Assembly: GCA_004554775.1 (NCBI GenBank)
Contig: SFKI01000010.1
Span: forward strand, 23,184-87,183
Reading direction: 5' to 3'
Length of the DNA: 64,000 nt
Source: Subdoligranulum variabile
GTDB lineage: Bacteria > Bacillota > Clostridia > Oscillospirales > Ruminococcaceae
The notes below the pieces were generated by a model. That model had not been told where the DNA came from, did no database searches, and worked only from the letters and a program-made list of their open reading frames with translations. This document shows positions 18,177-26,431 of this stretch, piece by piece (positions within the stretch are counted from its first letter, which is position 1; each line of letters begins with the position of its first letter). The position numbers and the translations under genes were made by a program.

Positions 18177-18255
18177 GGCCCTGCCCATTTTGCGGCAGGG
18201 CTTTTTTTGTGGGATGCCGCAATAAAAAGGGGAGCTGCCGCAAGGCGGCAGCTCC
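18177..18255. terminator. Back-to-back double terminator cassette between convergent cls and the ndpA-like gene
   Basis: GGCCCTGCC-CATTTTGC-GGCAGGGC plus a T7 run on the plus strand. Then GCAATAAAAAGGGGAGCTGCC-GCAAGGC-GGCAGCTCCC, which acts on the minus strand. Confidence 0.8.
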
Positions 18256-18269
18256 CGTAAAGCGGGGCA

Positions 18270-19274
18270 TTATACCAGGACGTCTTTGATGAGCAGGCTG
18301 AGGCCGCCGGTGGCGGAGTGGATGAACTCGACAGCGTCGTCGGAGGAGCAGAGCTCGGCGGGGATCTTGATCTCGATGCCGGACTCCGTCTTGAAGCTGC
18401 GGCTTTCCAGCTTGCGCATGCGGGCGGGGCTGACCGTCATGCGGTCGTCCTCGCGCACGCCGGTCTCGGCGAGGGCCTCCTCAAATTTCGGCGCTGCAAG
18501 GGGAAAATTCTCCCGGATGCGGCTGCGCACGTCCTCGACCGCGATTTGGTTGTCGACGGCCTGGTTGCGCACGAGCAGCTCCACCGCAGTCTCGGTGCCG
18601 CCGTCGAAGGGGGGCACGTCGTCGCGGTCCTCGGTCTCGGGGTAGGCTTCCTTCACGGCGGCAACGGCGGTCTCGCAGACGGCTTTCAGCTTGGCCTTCT
18701 CCTGCATGGCTTCGGTGCAGCCAAAAACGCGCGTAGATAAGTAAAAATCCTTCTTGTCGTCGATCGTGTACTTTCTTTCGATCAACCGTACCACGCCGTT
18801 GGCGCGGTCGATCAGCACGGCTTCGTCGGCCTTGGGGGTGCCGGGCAGCAGCGTGCGCTGCGGCACCATGCTGCTGACCTGCCCGTTGCCCAGCACCTGC
18901 GTGTTGTGGGTGTAGCCGGGGCGGTAGTTCAGCTTCAGCACGCCGTAGTGCGGCACTGCGCCGTAGTTGAAATCCACAACGGCCAGATCGCCCGCCGGGA
19001 TGGTGGGGTATTGCAGCATCTGCTCAAAGATGACGCCTGCGATTCTGCGCGATATATCGACAAAATCATTGTTGTGCGCCATCTCGGCCGCAAAGGCGGA
19101 ATCCGGCAGGAAACGGCAGTTTTTGACCTCGTCGCTGGCAAAGGCTTTTTCCAGCACGGCGGTGAAATATTCAAAAAGGTCGGCATCCATGTCCATCGGA
19201 CGGTCGGACAGCATCGGCTCCGACGCGCCGGGGTCCAGCAGGTGCAGGATGACTTGGTTGATCGTAACTTCCAT
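18270..19274 (-). CDS. Nucleoid-associated protein, NdpA/YejK family
   Basis: MEVTINQVILHLLDPGASEPMLSDRPMDMDADLFEYFTAVLEKAF... resembles the NdpA family N-terminus. The start at MEVT follows an AAGGAG RBS. Confidence 0.7.
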   Translation of the reverse strand: MEVTINQVILHLLDPGASEPMLSDRPMDMDADLFEYFTAVLEKAFASDEVKNCRFLPDSAFAAEMAHNNDFVDISRRIAGVIFEQMLQYPTIPAGDLAVVDFNYGAVPHYGVLKLNYRPGYTHNTQVLGNGQVSSMVPQRTLLPGTPKADEAVLIDRANGVVRLIERKYTIDDKKDFYLSTRVFGCTEAMQEKAKLKAVCETAVAAVKEAYPETEDRDDVPPFDGGTETAVELLVRNQAVDNQIAVEDVRSRIRENFPLAAPKFEEALAETGVREDDRMTVSPARMRKLESRSFKTESGIEIKIPAELCSSDDAVEFIHSATGGLSLLIKDVLV

Positions 19275-19400
19275 TGGGAACGCTCCTTTATTTGGCATAG
19301 GTATTAGTATACCACAATTTGCCGGGGATGGCTACAGCGTTTTGGGGGATGCTTGGCTGTGTGGGCCGATGCGTCGGCCCGCCGAAAGGAGCATGGTTTT

Positions 19401-19616
19401 ATGAAGGATGGATTTGCGAAAAAGGTCCCCGAGGAAACGCTGGCACACACGGTGCCGTGCCGCCAGAAGCAGGCGCGGGAGTATTTGCAGGGCCGCGTCC
19501 CCGGCGTAATGCAGGCGTATGCGCCGGAGGGAAAGGCGGATGCGGAGGATGGGTTTGTGGAAAGCGAGGAGACGGTGAAAAGGTTGGCGAAGTGGAGAGA
19601 GGAGGCGATTTATTGA
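19401..19616 (+). CDS. Hypothetical small protein (71 aa)
   Basis: An AAAGGAG RBS lies before the ATG at 19401. The product is MKDGFAKKVPEETLAHTVPCRQKQAREYLQ... No recognisable family. Confidence 0.3.
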   Translation: MKDGFAKKVPEETLAHTVPCRQKQAREYLQGRVPGVMQAYAPEGKADAEDGFVESEETVKRLAKWREEAIY

Positions 19617-19624
19617 GGGGGTGA

Positions 19625-19958
19625 GCGGTGACGTGAGATTGCGCGGGCGGATATAGAATCCGCCCCTACGCCAACATGATTTTGGCTCCGGAGGGGGCAA
19701 TCGGAGAAGAAGCAAAAAGCGTTAAGAAACGTGCAGCACTCCTGCACGTTTTAGCTTTTTGTTTCTTCGACCACAACTTTGGGGTTCTTAGGGGCGAGCG
19801 CTTGGCGGCGCACAACGAGCGCCGCCAGTTTGCTGCGCAAACCCGCTCGTGCGGTTATTCGCCCCGCTGGGGCGACTTCTCTTTTGGTCACAAAAGAGAA
19901 GGAATAACGGAGGCCGCCCACTAAAAAAGGGAGTCACCGCAAGGTGGTGACTCCCGCC
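19625..19958. repeat. Mosaic intergenic repeat block M3. Its terminal T hairpin serves as terminator for the minus-strand thioesterase gene
   Basis: A class-A GTAG-hairpin lies at 19645-19669 (-). The y, C, F and D modules are present. The T hairpin GGGAGTCACC-GCAAGGT-GGTGACTCCC spans 19929-19955. Confidence 0.85.
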
Positions 19959-19968
19959 GGAGCGCGAT

Positions 19969-20352
19969 TCAGGCTTTGCTTTCGGCTTTTTTGAGGAAGC
20001 GGTCGGCGTCGACGAGGTAGCGTTCGTGCTCGCCATGGGCGATTTCGGTCACGTCGTCGTAGACGCGGAAAGAGAACCGCACGCGGCGGTCGGTGACTTC
20101 GAGCACCTCGCAATCGCACTGGACCACCATGCCGATGGGCGTCGGCGCGGTGTGGGCCAGCTGCAGGCTGGTGCCGACGGTCGTCAGGCCGAGCTCGAGC
20201 TCGGGCGCGATGGTCTGCCAGCAGGTTTTTTCCACGAGGGCGGCCACGGCGGGGGTGGCCAGCACCGGGAGCTCGCCGCTTTCCATGGCTTGGGCGGTAT
20301 TTTCGGTGGTCACGCGCAGGGCGGCGTGGCCTTTGCAGCCGGGGTGTAGCAT
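19969..20352 (-). CDS. Hotdog-fold thioesterase family protein
   Basis: SGELPVLATPAVAALVEKTCW...TTVGTSLQLAHTAPTPIGMVV...GEHERYLVD fits the pattern of the FlK/YiiD-like thioesterase family. Confidence 0.65.
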   Translation of the reverse strand: MLHPGCKGHAALRVTTENTAQAMESGELPVLATPAVAALVEKTCWQTIAPELELGLTTVGTSLQLAHTAPTPIGMVVQCDCEVLEVTDRRVRFSFRVYDDVTEIAHGEHERYLVDADRFLKKAESKA

Positions 20353-20504
20353 GTGGGGGGCCTCCTATTTTATATGGTATATGGATAGAAAAAATGTATT
20401 GTTATTTTTTGTGGCAGCAGCGTGAGATTGTGCGGGCGAGCAATGCCCGCCCCTACGGGTTTCATTTAGTAGTATACCACTTCCTGCAAATGTGCACAAT
20501 GATA

Positions 20505-20533
20505 TTGCAATTTGCGGCAGGAACCGCTATAAT
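20505..20533 (+). promoter_or_regulatory. Sigma70-like promoter for the uracil permease gene
   Basis: TTGCAA (20505-20510), 17 nt spacer, TATAAT (20528-20533). The leader of about 115 nt has an imperfect hairpin plus a T7 run at about 20550-20588. Confidence 0.5.
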
Positions 20534-20652
20534 AATAAGGAAAGCGAGGGGGCAGGTGTTAAATACACAGCTGTTCCCTTTTTTTGCGGCCCATGCGCAC
20601 CGCGCCCGCTTTGCGGCTGGCACGCGGCGCCGCCAACTGACAGGAGGATGTC

Positions 20653-21981
20653 ATGAGCGAAAAAATCGACTATTCCAAAGGCATTTACGATGCCAAAACC
20701 CTGGGCACGCCCAAGCTGCTGATTTTGGGCGCACAGCACATGTTTGCCATGTTCGGCGCAACGGTGCTTGTGCCGCTGCTGACCGGCCTGAGCGTAAGCA
20801 CCACGCTGCTGTGCGCCGGTCTGGGCACGCTGCTGTTCCACTTTTTGTGCAAGGGCAAGGTGCCTGCCTTTTTGGGCTCCAGCTTTGCCTACCTGGGCGG
20901 CTTTGCCATCGTGACCAACGGCGGTGCCAACCCCGAAAACCTGCCCTACGCCTGCGCCGCCGTGGCGCTGTCCGGCCTGGTCTACGTGCTGTTCAGCGCG
21001 CTGATCTCCGCGTTCGGCATCCGTAAAATGATGCGCTTCTTCCCGCCGGTCGTTACCGGCCCCATCATCATTGCCATCGGCCTGATCCTGGCCCCGAGCG
21101 CCATCAACAACTGCCAGTCTAACTGGCTGCTGGCCTTTGTGGCGCTGGCAACCGTCATCATCTGCAACATCTGGGGCAAGGGCATGGTCAAGATTTTGCC
21201 CATCCTCATCGGCGTGCTGGTTTCTTACGCGGTAGCGCTGGTTACGGGCGCGGTCGACTTCCAGGCCATCGGCGCTGCCGCCTGGTTCGGCATCCCGCTG
21301 CACAAGGACAGCATGGGTCTGTTTGCCCTGGACGGCAGCGAGACCTTCATCAGCGCGGTGTTCACCATCGTGCCCATTGCGCTGGCGACCATGATGGAGC
21401 ACATCGGCGACATTGCCGCCATCAGCGCCACCACCGGTAAAAACTACATCCGCGACCCGGGCCTGAACAAGACCCTGCTGGGCGACGGCCTTGCCACCGC
21501 GATGGCCGGCCTGCTGGGCGGCCCCGCCAACACCACCTACGGCGAGAACACCGGCGTGCTGGCCCTGACCAAGATCTACGACCCGCTGGTCATCCGCATT
21601 GCGGCTGTGTTTGCCATGATCCTGAGCTTCTGCCCCAAGTTTGAGGCGGTTATCAACACGATCCCGTCCGGCATTGTGGGCGGCATCAGCTTTGTGCTGT
21701 ACGGCATGATCTCCGCCATCGGCGTGCGCAACGTGGTCGAGAACCGCGTTGACTTCACCAACTCCCGCAACCTGATCATTGCCGCTGTTATCCTGGTCTG
21801 CGCGCTGGGCTTCAACTCGGTGGGCGGCATCACGTTTGCCATCGCGGGCGTGAACATCAACCTGTCCGGCCTGGCCATTGCCGCCATCGCGGGCATTTTG
21901 CTGAACGCCATCCTGCCCGGCAACGACTACGAGTTCGACGAGGGCAGCAACGAGCCCGAGAGCGCGAGCCTGCGCGTTTGA
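20653..21981 (+). CDS. Uracil/xanthine permease (NCS2 family)
   Basis: LLILGAQHMFAMFGATVLVPLLTG and TTYGENTGVLALTKIYDP are NCS2 signature regions. The product is 442 aa. Confidence 0.9.
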   Translation: MSEKIDYSKGIYDAKTLGTPKLLILGAQHMFAMFGATVLVPLLTGLSVSTTLLCAGLGTLLFHFLCKGKVPAFLGSSFAYLGGFAIVTNGGANPENLPYACAAVALSGLVYVLFSALISAFGIRKMMRFFPPVVTGPIIIAIGLILAPSAINNCQSNWLLAFVALATVIICNIWGKGMVKILPILIGVLVSYAVALVTGAVDFQAIGAAAWFGIPLHKDSMGLFALDGSETFISAVFTIVPIALATMMEHIGDIAAISATTGKNYIRDPGLNKTLLGDGLATAMAGLLGGPANTTYGENTGVLALTKIYDPLVIRIAAVFAMILSFCPKFEAVINTIPSGIVGGISFVLYGMISAIGVRNVVENRVDFTNSRNLIIAAVILVCALGFNSVGGITFAIAGVNINLSGLAIAAIAGILLNAILPGNDYEFDEGSNEPESASLRV

Positions 21982-22000
21982 TTTATAAAAGGAGTGCTGC

Positions 22001-22357
22001 ATGACCGCCAGCGATTTTACTAACCTGCATTTGCAATATCTCTCCACCCAGGCGGAGGGCGAGGTCCCGGTGGCCATCGAGCACGACTTCCACAACGGGC
22101 GGATGGTGGACCATTATTTTGTCACGCCATCGCAGAATTTTTGGAACGACGAGGCCATCAAGCCCCTGGAGGGCGTGACCGGCATCCTGTTTTTGCAGCA
22201 GCCGGACGGCGCACCCTGGAAGATTTTGGTCAACGATACAACGATGTTTAAGGAAGTGTACTTCGATTTCCCCGAGGAAGAGTTCCGGCAGATGCTGGCG
22301 AACAGCCATGTGATTTTGCCGGGGGAACCGGGGTTTGTGCCACCTTCGGCTACTTGA
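22001..22357 (+). CDS. Hypothetical protein (118 aa)
   Basis: An AAAGGAG RBS is present and coding-like composition holds throughout. No recognisable motif. Confidence 0.55.
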   Translation: MTASDFTNLHLQYLSTQAEGEVPVAIEHDFHNGRMVDHYFVTPSQNFWNDEAIKPLEGVTGILFLQQPDGAPWKILVNDTTMFKEVYFDFPEEEFRQMLANSHVILPGEPGFVPPSAT

Positions 22358-22382
22358 TATTCTGCTTACTATTCTGCCTTAC

Positions 22383-23092
22383 CGGGCGTTGCCACCTTGC
22401 GGCAACGCCCTTTTTTAGTGGGCAACTACCCGTAAGCCTTCCTTTTTGGACACCCAAAAAGGAAGCGAAAAAGGTGCCCGCGGGGTGGTCGAGAAATCAA
22501 AAAGCTAAAACGTGCAGGAGTGCTGCACGTTTCTTAACGCTTTTTGATTCCTCTCCGATTGACCCCTCCGGGGCCAAAAACATGTTGGCGTAGGGGCGGA
22601 TTCTATATCCGCCCGACATGTACGCGTATTTGCATGGGGCGTCGAGGACGCCGCCCCCTACGAACTACGCGTAAAGCCTCCCTTGTGTAAAGGGAGGTGG
22701 CACGGCGGAGCCGTGACGGAGGGATTGGAGCGTGTATGGGCGTGTTGGGCTATATCCGTAAGGTCACAATCCCCCACCGCCTTCGGCGGAGCCCCCTTTA
22801 CACAAGGGGGCCTTTAACTCTACCCCCATAGAGTTTATTTTGGCCCCGAAGGGGTCAATGTGGGAAGAGCACAAAGCGCCGTTAAGAAAATGCAGTCACT
22901 CCTGCATTTTTAGGCGCTTTGTGCTCTGACCCACCTTTTTGGGGTCCCTAGGGGCGAGTAGCCCCTAGGCCGGGGTTCGCTGCCTCGGAACAGCGAGACT
23001 TTTTTCGTTTCCTTTTTTGGTCACAAAAAAGGAAAGCCTTGCGGGAGAAGCCCATTATAAAAGGGTGTCCCCGCAGGGTGGGGACACCCGGC
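22383..23092. repeat. Mosaic repeat block M5: two elements in inverted orientation, bounded by T hairpins
   Basis: Left T hairpin: GGGCGTTGCC-ACCTTGC-GGCAACGCCC (22384-22410). D, C and y modules follow. A class-A GTAG-hairpin lies at 22590-22614. The second copy is inverted (y at about 22838, C at about 22882, D at about 23008). Right T hairpin: GTGTCCCC-GCAGGGT-GGGGACAC (about 23066-23090). Confidence 0.85.
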
Positions 23093-23120
23093 GCAAGCAC
23101 AAAAATATAGGCAAAACCTA

Positions 23121-23175
23121 TTGACAAGCGGCGGCTATGATGCTAACATATGAACATACAAACATATGAAAGGAT
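23121..23175 (+). promoter_or_regulatory. Promoter and putative ArsR-family operator of the metal-efflux operon
   Basis: TTGACA (23121-23126), 17 nt spacer, TAACAT (23144-23149). Two ACATATGAA repeats (23146-23154 and 23162-23170), each containing a CATATG palindrome, overlap the -10 and the transcription start region. Confidence 0.5.
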
Positions 23176-23185
23176 GAGACACCCA

Positions 23186-23545
23186 ATGGCTGACAGCGCG
23201 CAGGAGAAAATGCAAGACCAACCCTTGGACGAGGCCGACATCGCCAGGCTGCAAAACGATCTGCCGGGGGATGAGATCCTGTATGACCTGGCCGAGCTGT
23301 TCCGGGTGTTTGGGGACTCGACCCGCATCAAAATTTTGTATGCTTTGTTTGAAAGCGAGCTTTGCGTCAACGATATTGCCCAGGTCGTGGGCATCTCGCA
23401 AAGCGCGGTCAGCCACCAGCTGCGGGTGCTGAAAACCAGCAAGCTCGTCAAGTTCCGGCGCGATGGCAAGGCCATCTACTACTCGCTGGACGACGACCAC
23501 GTCCGCAGCATGATCTCCCTCGGCATGGACCACGTCGAGGAATAA
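23186..23545 (+). CDS. ArsR/SmtB family metal-sensing transcriptional repressor
   Basis: LAELFRVFGDSTRIKILYALFESELCVNDIAQVVGISQSAVSHQLRVLKTSKLVKFRRDGKAIYYSL is a winged-HTH region of the ArsR family. The track ORF starts at 23150, but that ATG abuts the -10 box. The MADSA start at 23186 has a GAAAGGA RBS. Confidence 0.85.
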   Translation: MADSAQEKMQDQPLDEADIARLQNDLPGDEILYDLAELFRVFGDSTRIKILYALFESELCVNDIAQVVGISQSAVSHQLRVLKTSKLVKFRRDGKAIYYSLDDDHVRSMISLGMDHVEE

Positions 23546-23593
23546 CGAAGCTTCCCGTAAAATTTATTTTTTGTATAAAAGGAGTGCCCCGCC

Positions 23594-23809
23594 ATGAAAA
23601 AGAAGTTTACTATCGAAGTTGACTGTGCCAACTGCGCCGCCAAGATCGAGAACGCCGTCAAGGAGCTGCCCGGCGTTACCAACGCCAGCATCAGCTTTAT
23701 GGCCCAGAAAATGATGCTGGAAGCCGACGATGACAAGTTCGACGCCGTTTTGCAGGAGGCCGTGAAGGTCGCCAAAAAGGTGGAGCCGGATTTTGAGATC
23801 GAGCTGTAA
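23594..23809 (+). CDS. Stand-alone heavy-metal-associated (HMA-like) domain protein with CANC motif
   Basis: MKKKFTIEVDCANCAAKIENAVKELPGVTNASISF... has a ferredoxin-like HMA pattern of the type normally found at the N-terminus of Cd/Zn P1B-ATPases. Confidence 0.8.
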   Translation: MKKKFTIEVDCANCAAKIENAVKELPGVTNASISFMAQKMMLEADDDKFDAVLQEAVKVAKKVEPDFEIEL

Positions 23810-23829
23810 GGGCAGCGTCTGCCTTTGTG

Positions 23830-24065
23830 GCTGTGTAGGGGCGCACACTGTGCGCCCGCGGGCGGATATAGAATCCGCCCCTACGGCGTAGGGGAGCACT
23901 TGGCGGGCAAAACGATGCCCGCCAGCCAGCAAAGCTGGCCCGCTCGTGCGGTTCAATGCCCCGCCGGGGCATTGATCGTTGCACGACCCCGCAATTCTAT
24001 ATGCTCCCGTGCTGTCTTGCGCCACCGCTAAACTGCACGGGCGCACACTGTGCGCCCCTACATTC
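23830..24065. repeat. Mosaic repeat block M6, inserted between the HMA gene and the P-type ATPase gene
   Basis: GTAG-hairpins at 23835-23857 (+), 23860-23884 (-) and 24039-24061 (-). F-module-like hairpins lie between them. Confidence 0.85.
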
Positions 24066-24154
24066 TGTGCTCTCCAAAACTCCAGCAGGCAACTCGCCCA
24101 GCCGGCCACAACTTCCGGCCGGGTACCTTTTTACCCAAACGGAGGTCCTACAGC

Positions 24155-26038
24155 ATGAACAAGAAACAGAAAAAGACGCTGCAACGTATTATCGTTGCGG
24201 GCGCCCTGAGCGCTGTGCTGGCGCTGCTTTTCCATTTTGCGGCGCTGCCGTGGTTTGTGCAGCTGGTTTTGTGGCTGGTGCCCTACCTGATCATCGGGCA
24301 CGATGTGCTGCGCAAGGCCTTTATGGGCATCAAAAACCGCGAAATTTTTGACGAAAACTTCCTCATGGCGGTCGCCACGGTCGGCGCGGTCGCCTGCGGC
24401 GAGTACAGCGAGGGCGTTGCCGTTATGCTGTTCTACCAGATCGGCGAGCTGTTCCAGTCCTACGCCGTCGGCAAGAGCCGCAGCAGCATCACCGCTTTGA
24501 TGGACATTCGCCCCGAGGTCGCCAACCTTGAAAGCGCCGACGGCAAGGTGGCCGAGGTTGACCCCGACGATGTGCCGGTCGGCTCGGTCATTGTTGTCAA
24601 GCCCGGCGAGAAGATCCCGCTGGACGGCAGGGTCTTGTCCGGTGAGTCCACGCTGAACACCGCCGCCCTGACCGGCGAGAGCCGCCCGCGCAGCGTGCGC
24701 CCCGGCGATGACGTCATCAGCGGCTGCGTCAACCAGGACGGCGTGCTCCGCATCGAGACGACCACCCTGTACGACGATTCCACCGTGGCAAAGATCCTCG
24801 ATCTGGTGGAAAATTCCAGCCTGAAGAAAGCCCCGGTCGAGAATTTTATCACCAAGTTTGCGCGCTACTACACGCCCGCCGTCTGCATCGGCGCGCTGGT
24901 GCTGGCCGTGGTGCCGCCGCTGTTTTTGGGCGGCTGGGTCGACTGGCTCATGCGCGCGCTGACCTTCCTTGTCATCAGCTGCCCCTGCGCGCTGGTCATC
25001 TCGATCCCGCTGACGTTCTTCGGCGGCATCGGCGGCGCGTCCAAGTGCGGCATCCTCGTCAAAGGCGGCAACTACCTCGAGGCACTGTCCAAAACCCGCG
25101 TAGCTGTGTTTGATAAGACCGGTACGCTGACCAAGGGCGTGTTTAAAGTCACCCAGGCGATCCCCGTTACCGGCGAGATCTACGACCTGCGGATGATGGA
25201 ATACGCCTCGCTGGCCGAGACGATCTCCAACCACCCGATCGCCAAAAGCATCGTGAATGTCTGCCCCCACGTGGACCGCAGCCGCCTGACCGACGGCAAG
25301 GAGATCGCGGGGCAGGGCGTTAAGGCGACCATCGACGGGCACACGGTGCTGGTGGGCAACTTTAAGCTGATGAAGGCCGAGCACGTTGACGTGGCCCCCT
25401 ACGCCGAGGGCGACGGCAGGTATGGCACGGCGGCGTACATTGCCTGCGACGGCAAGTTCCTGGGGCACCTGGTCATTTCGGACGAGCTGAAGCCGACGGC
25501 CAAGCATGCCATTTCTGCGCTGCACGCCCAGGATGTGCGCACCGTGATGCTGAGCGGCGACATGCCCGACGTGGCCCAGTATGTGGCCAAGGAGCTGGGT
25601 GTGAAGGAGGTACACGGCGGCCTGATGCCGGCGGACAAGGTGGAATGGGTCGAGAAATTGTTGGCCAACAAGCCGCCCCGCAGCGAGCTGGTGTTTGTGG
25701 GCGACGGCATCAACGATGCGCCGGTTTTGATGCGTGCCGACATTGGCATTGCGATGGGCGCGCTGGGCAGCGATGCCGCCATCGAGGCCGCCGACGTGGT
25801 GCTGATGGACGACGACCCGGCAAAGGTTGACCTTGCTATACGGATCTCCTGCAAGTGCATGCGCATTGCGTACGAGAACATCGTGTTTGCGCTGGCGGTC
25901 AAGGCCATCTGCCTGGTGCTGACCGCGATGGGCATTACCAACATGTGGTGGGGCGTTTTTGCGGACGTCGGCGTCATGGTGCTGGCGGTGCTGAATGCAA
26001 CCAGGATGCTGTATACGAAAAGTTACGAGTGGATGTAA
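24155..26038 (+). CDS. cadA: Heavy-metal (Cd/Zn/Co-type) translocating P1B-type ATPase lacking an N-terminal HMA domain
   Basis: A CPC motif lies in a TM helix (SCPCALVISIPL). Also present are DKTGTLT, GDGINDAP and MLSGD. The start was taken at MNKKQKKTLQ after a GGAGG RBS. Confidence 0.92.
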   Translation: MNKKQKKTLQRIIVAGALSAVLALLFHFAALPWFVQLVLWLVPYLIIGHDVLRKAFMGIKNREIFDENFLMAVATVGAVACGEYSEGVAVMLFYQIGELFQSYAVGKSRSSITALMDIRPEVANLESADGKVAEVDPDDVPVGSVIVVKPGEKIPLDGRVLSGESTLNTAALTGESRPRSVRPGDDVISGCVNQDGVLRIETTTLYDDSTVAKILDLVENSSLKKAPVENFITKFARYYTPAVCIGALVLAVVPPLFLGGWVDWLMRALTFLVISCPCALVISIPLTFFGGIGGASKCGILVKGGNYLEALSKTRVAVFDKTGTLTKGVFKVTQAIPVTGEIYDLRMMEYASLAETISNHPIAKSIVNVCPHVDRSRLTDGKEIAGQGVKATIDGHTVLVGNFKLMKAEHVDVAPYAEGDGRYGTAAYIACDGKFLGHLVISDELKPTAKHAISALHAQDVRTVMLSGDMPDVAQYVAKELGVKEVHGGLMPADKVEWVEKLLANKPPRSELVFVGDGINDAPVLMRADIGIAMGALGSDAAIEAADVVLMDDDPAKVDLAIRISCKCMRIAYENIVFALAVKAICLVLTAMGITNMWWGVFADVGVMVLAVLNATRMLYTKSYEWM

Positions 26039-26048
26039 TGTGCTTATC

Positions 26049-26347
26049 GGGCGTTGCCACCTTGCGGCAACGCCCTTTTTTAGTGGGCAACTACCCGTAA
26101 GCCTTCCTTTTTGGACACCCAAAAAGGAAGCGAAAAAGGTGCCCGCAAAAAATGCAGGAGTGCTGCATTTTTCTTAACGCTTTTCCGCCGCCCGACGGTT
26201 TGACCCCTCCGGGGCCAAATTTTTGGTTGGCGTAGGGGCGGATTCCATATCCGCCCGGGGAGTTTGGCGGTGACGTGGGATTCTTGCGGGCGAACAATGT
26301 TCGCCCCCTACCCGGTTTTAAAGGCTCCCCTCAAAGGGGGGCTTTAG
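26049..26347. repeat. Mosaic repeat block M7 (canonical short-form element: T-D-C-y-REP A-z-REP B-w)
   Basis: T hairpin at 26049-26075 plus a T-run. The D module is TTCCTTTTTGGACACCCAAAAAGGAA. A C module follows. The class-A GTAG-hairpin lies at 26232-26256 (+) and the class-B one at 26288-26311 (-). The w hairpin is AAAGGCTCCCCTCAAAGGGGGGCTTT. Confidence 0.88.
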
Positions 26348-26431
26348 ACGCCCGCGGCAAGCTTGCGTTATTGCGCAACGCCGCAGCCTGTGCTATAATA
26401 CCCCAAACAACCCAAATGCGAGGTGCATCCT

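Noticed and set aside
24131-26122. A 663-aa minus-strand ORF opposite the P-type ATPase.
   Set aside because: The plus strand encodes all P1B-ATPase signature motifs (CPC, DKTGT, GDGINDAP). The minus-strand product has no motifs and shadow-ORF composition.
26423-26431. An alternative earlier start (MHPMSLK) for the oxidoreductase. Similar upstream-extended starts appear in many track ORFs, for example 3959, 5066, 5316, 7313, 16427, 24050, 43997 and 47031.
   Set aside because: The extensions run through promoters, terminators or repeat blocks and lack RBSs. Internal ATG or GTG codons preceded by GGAGG-like sites and family-typical N-termini were preferred.
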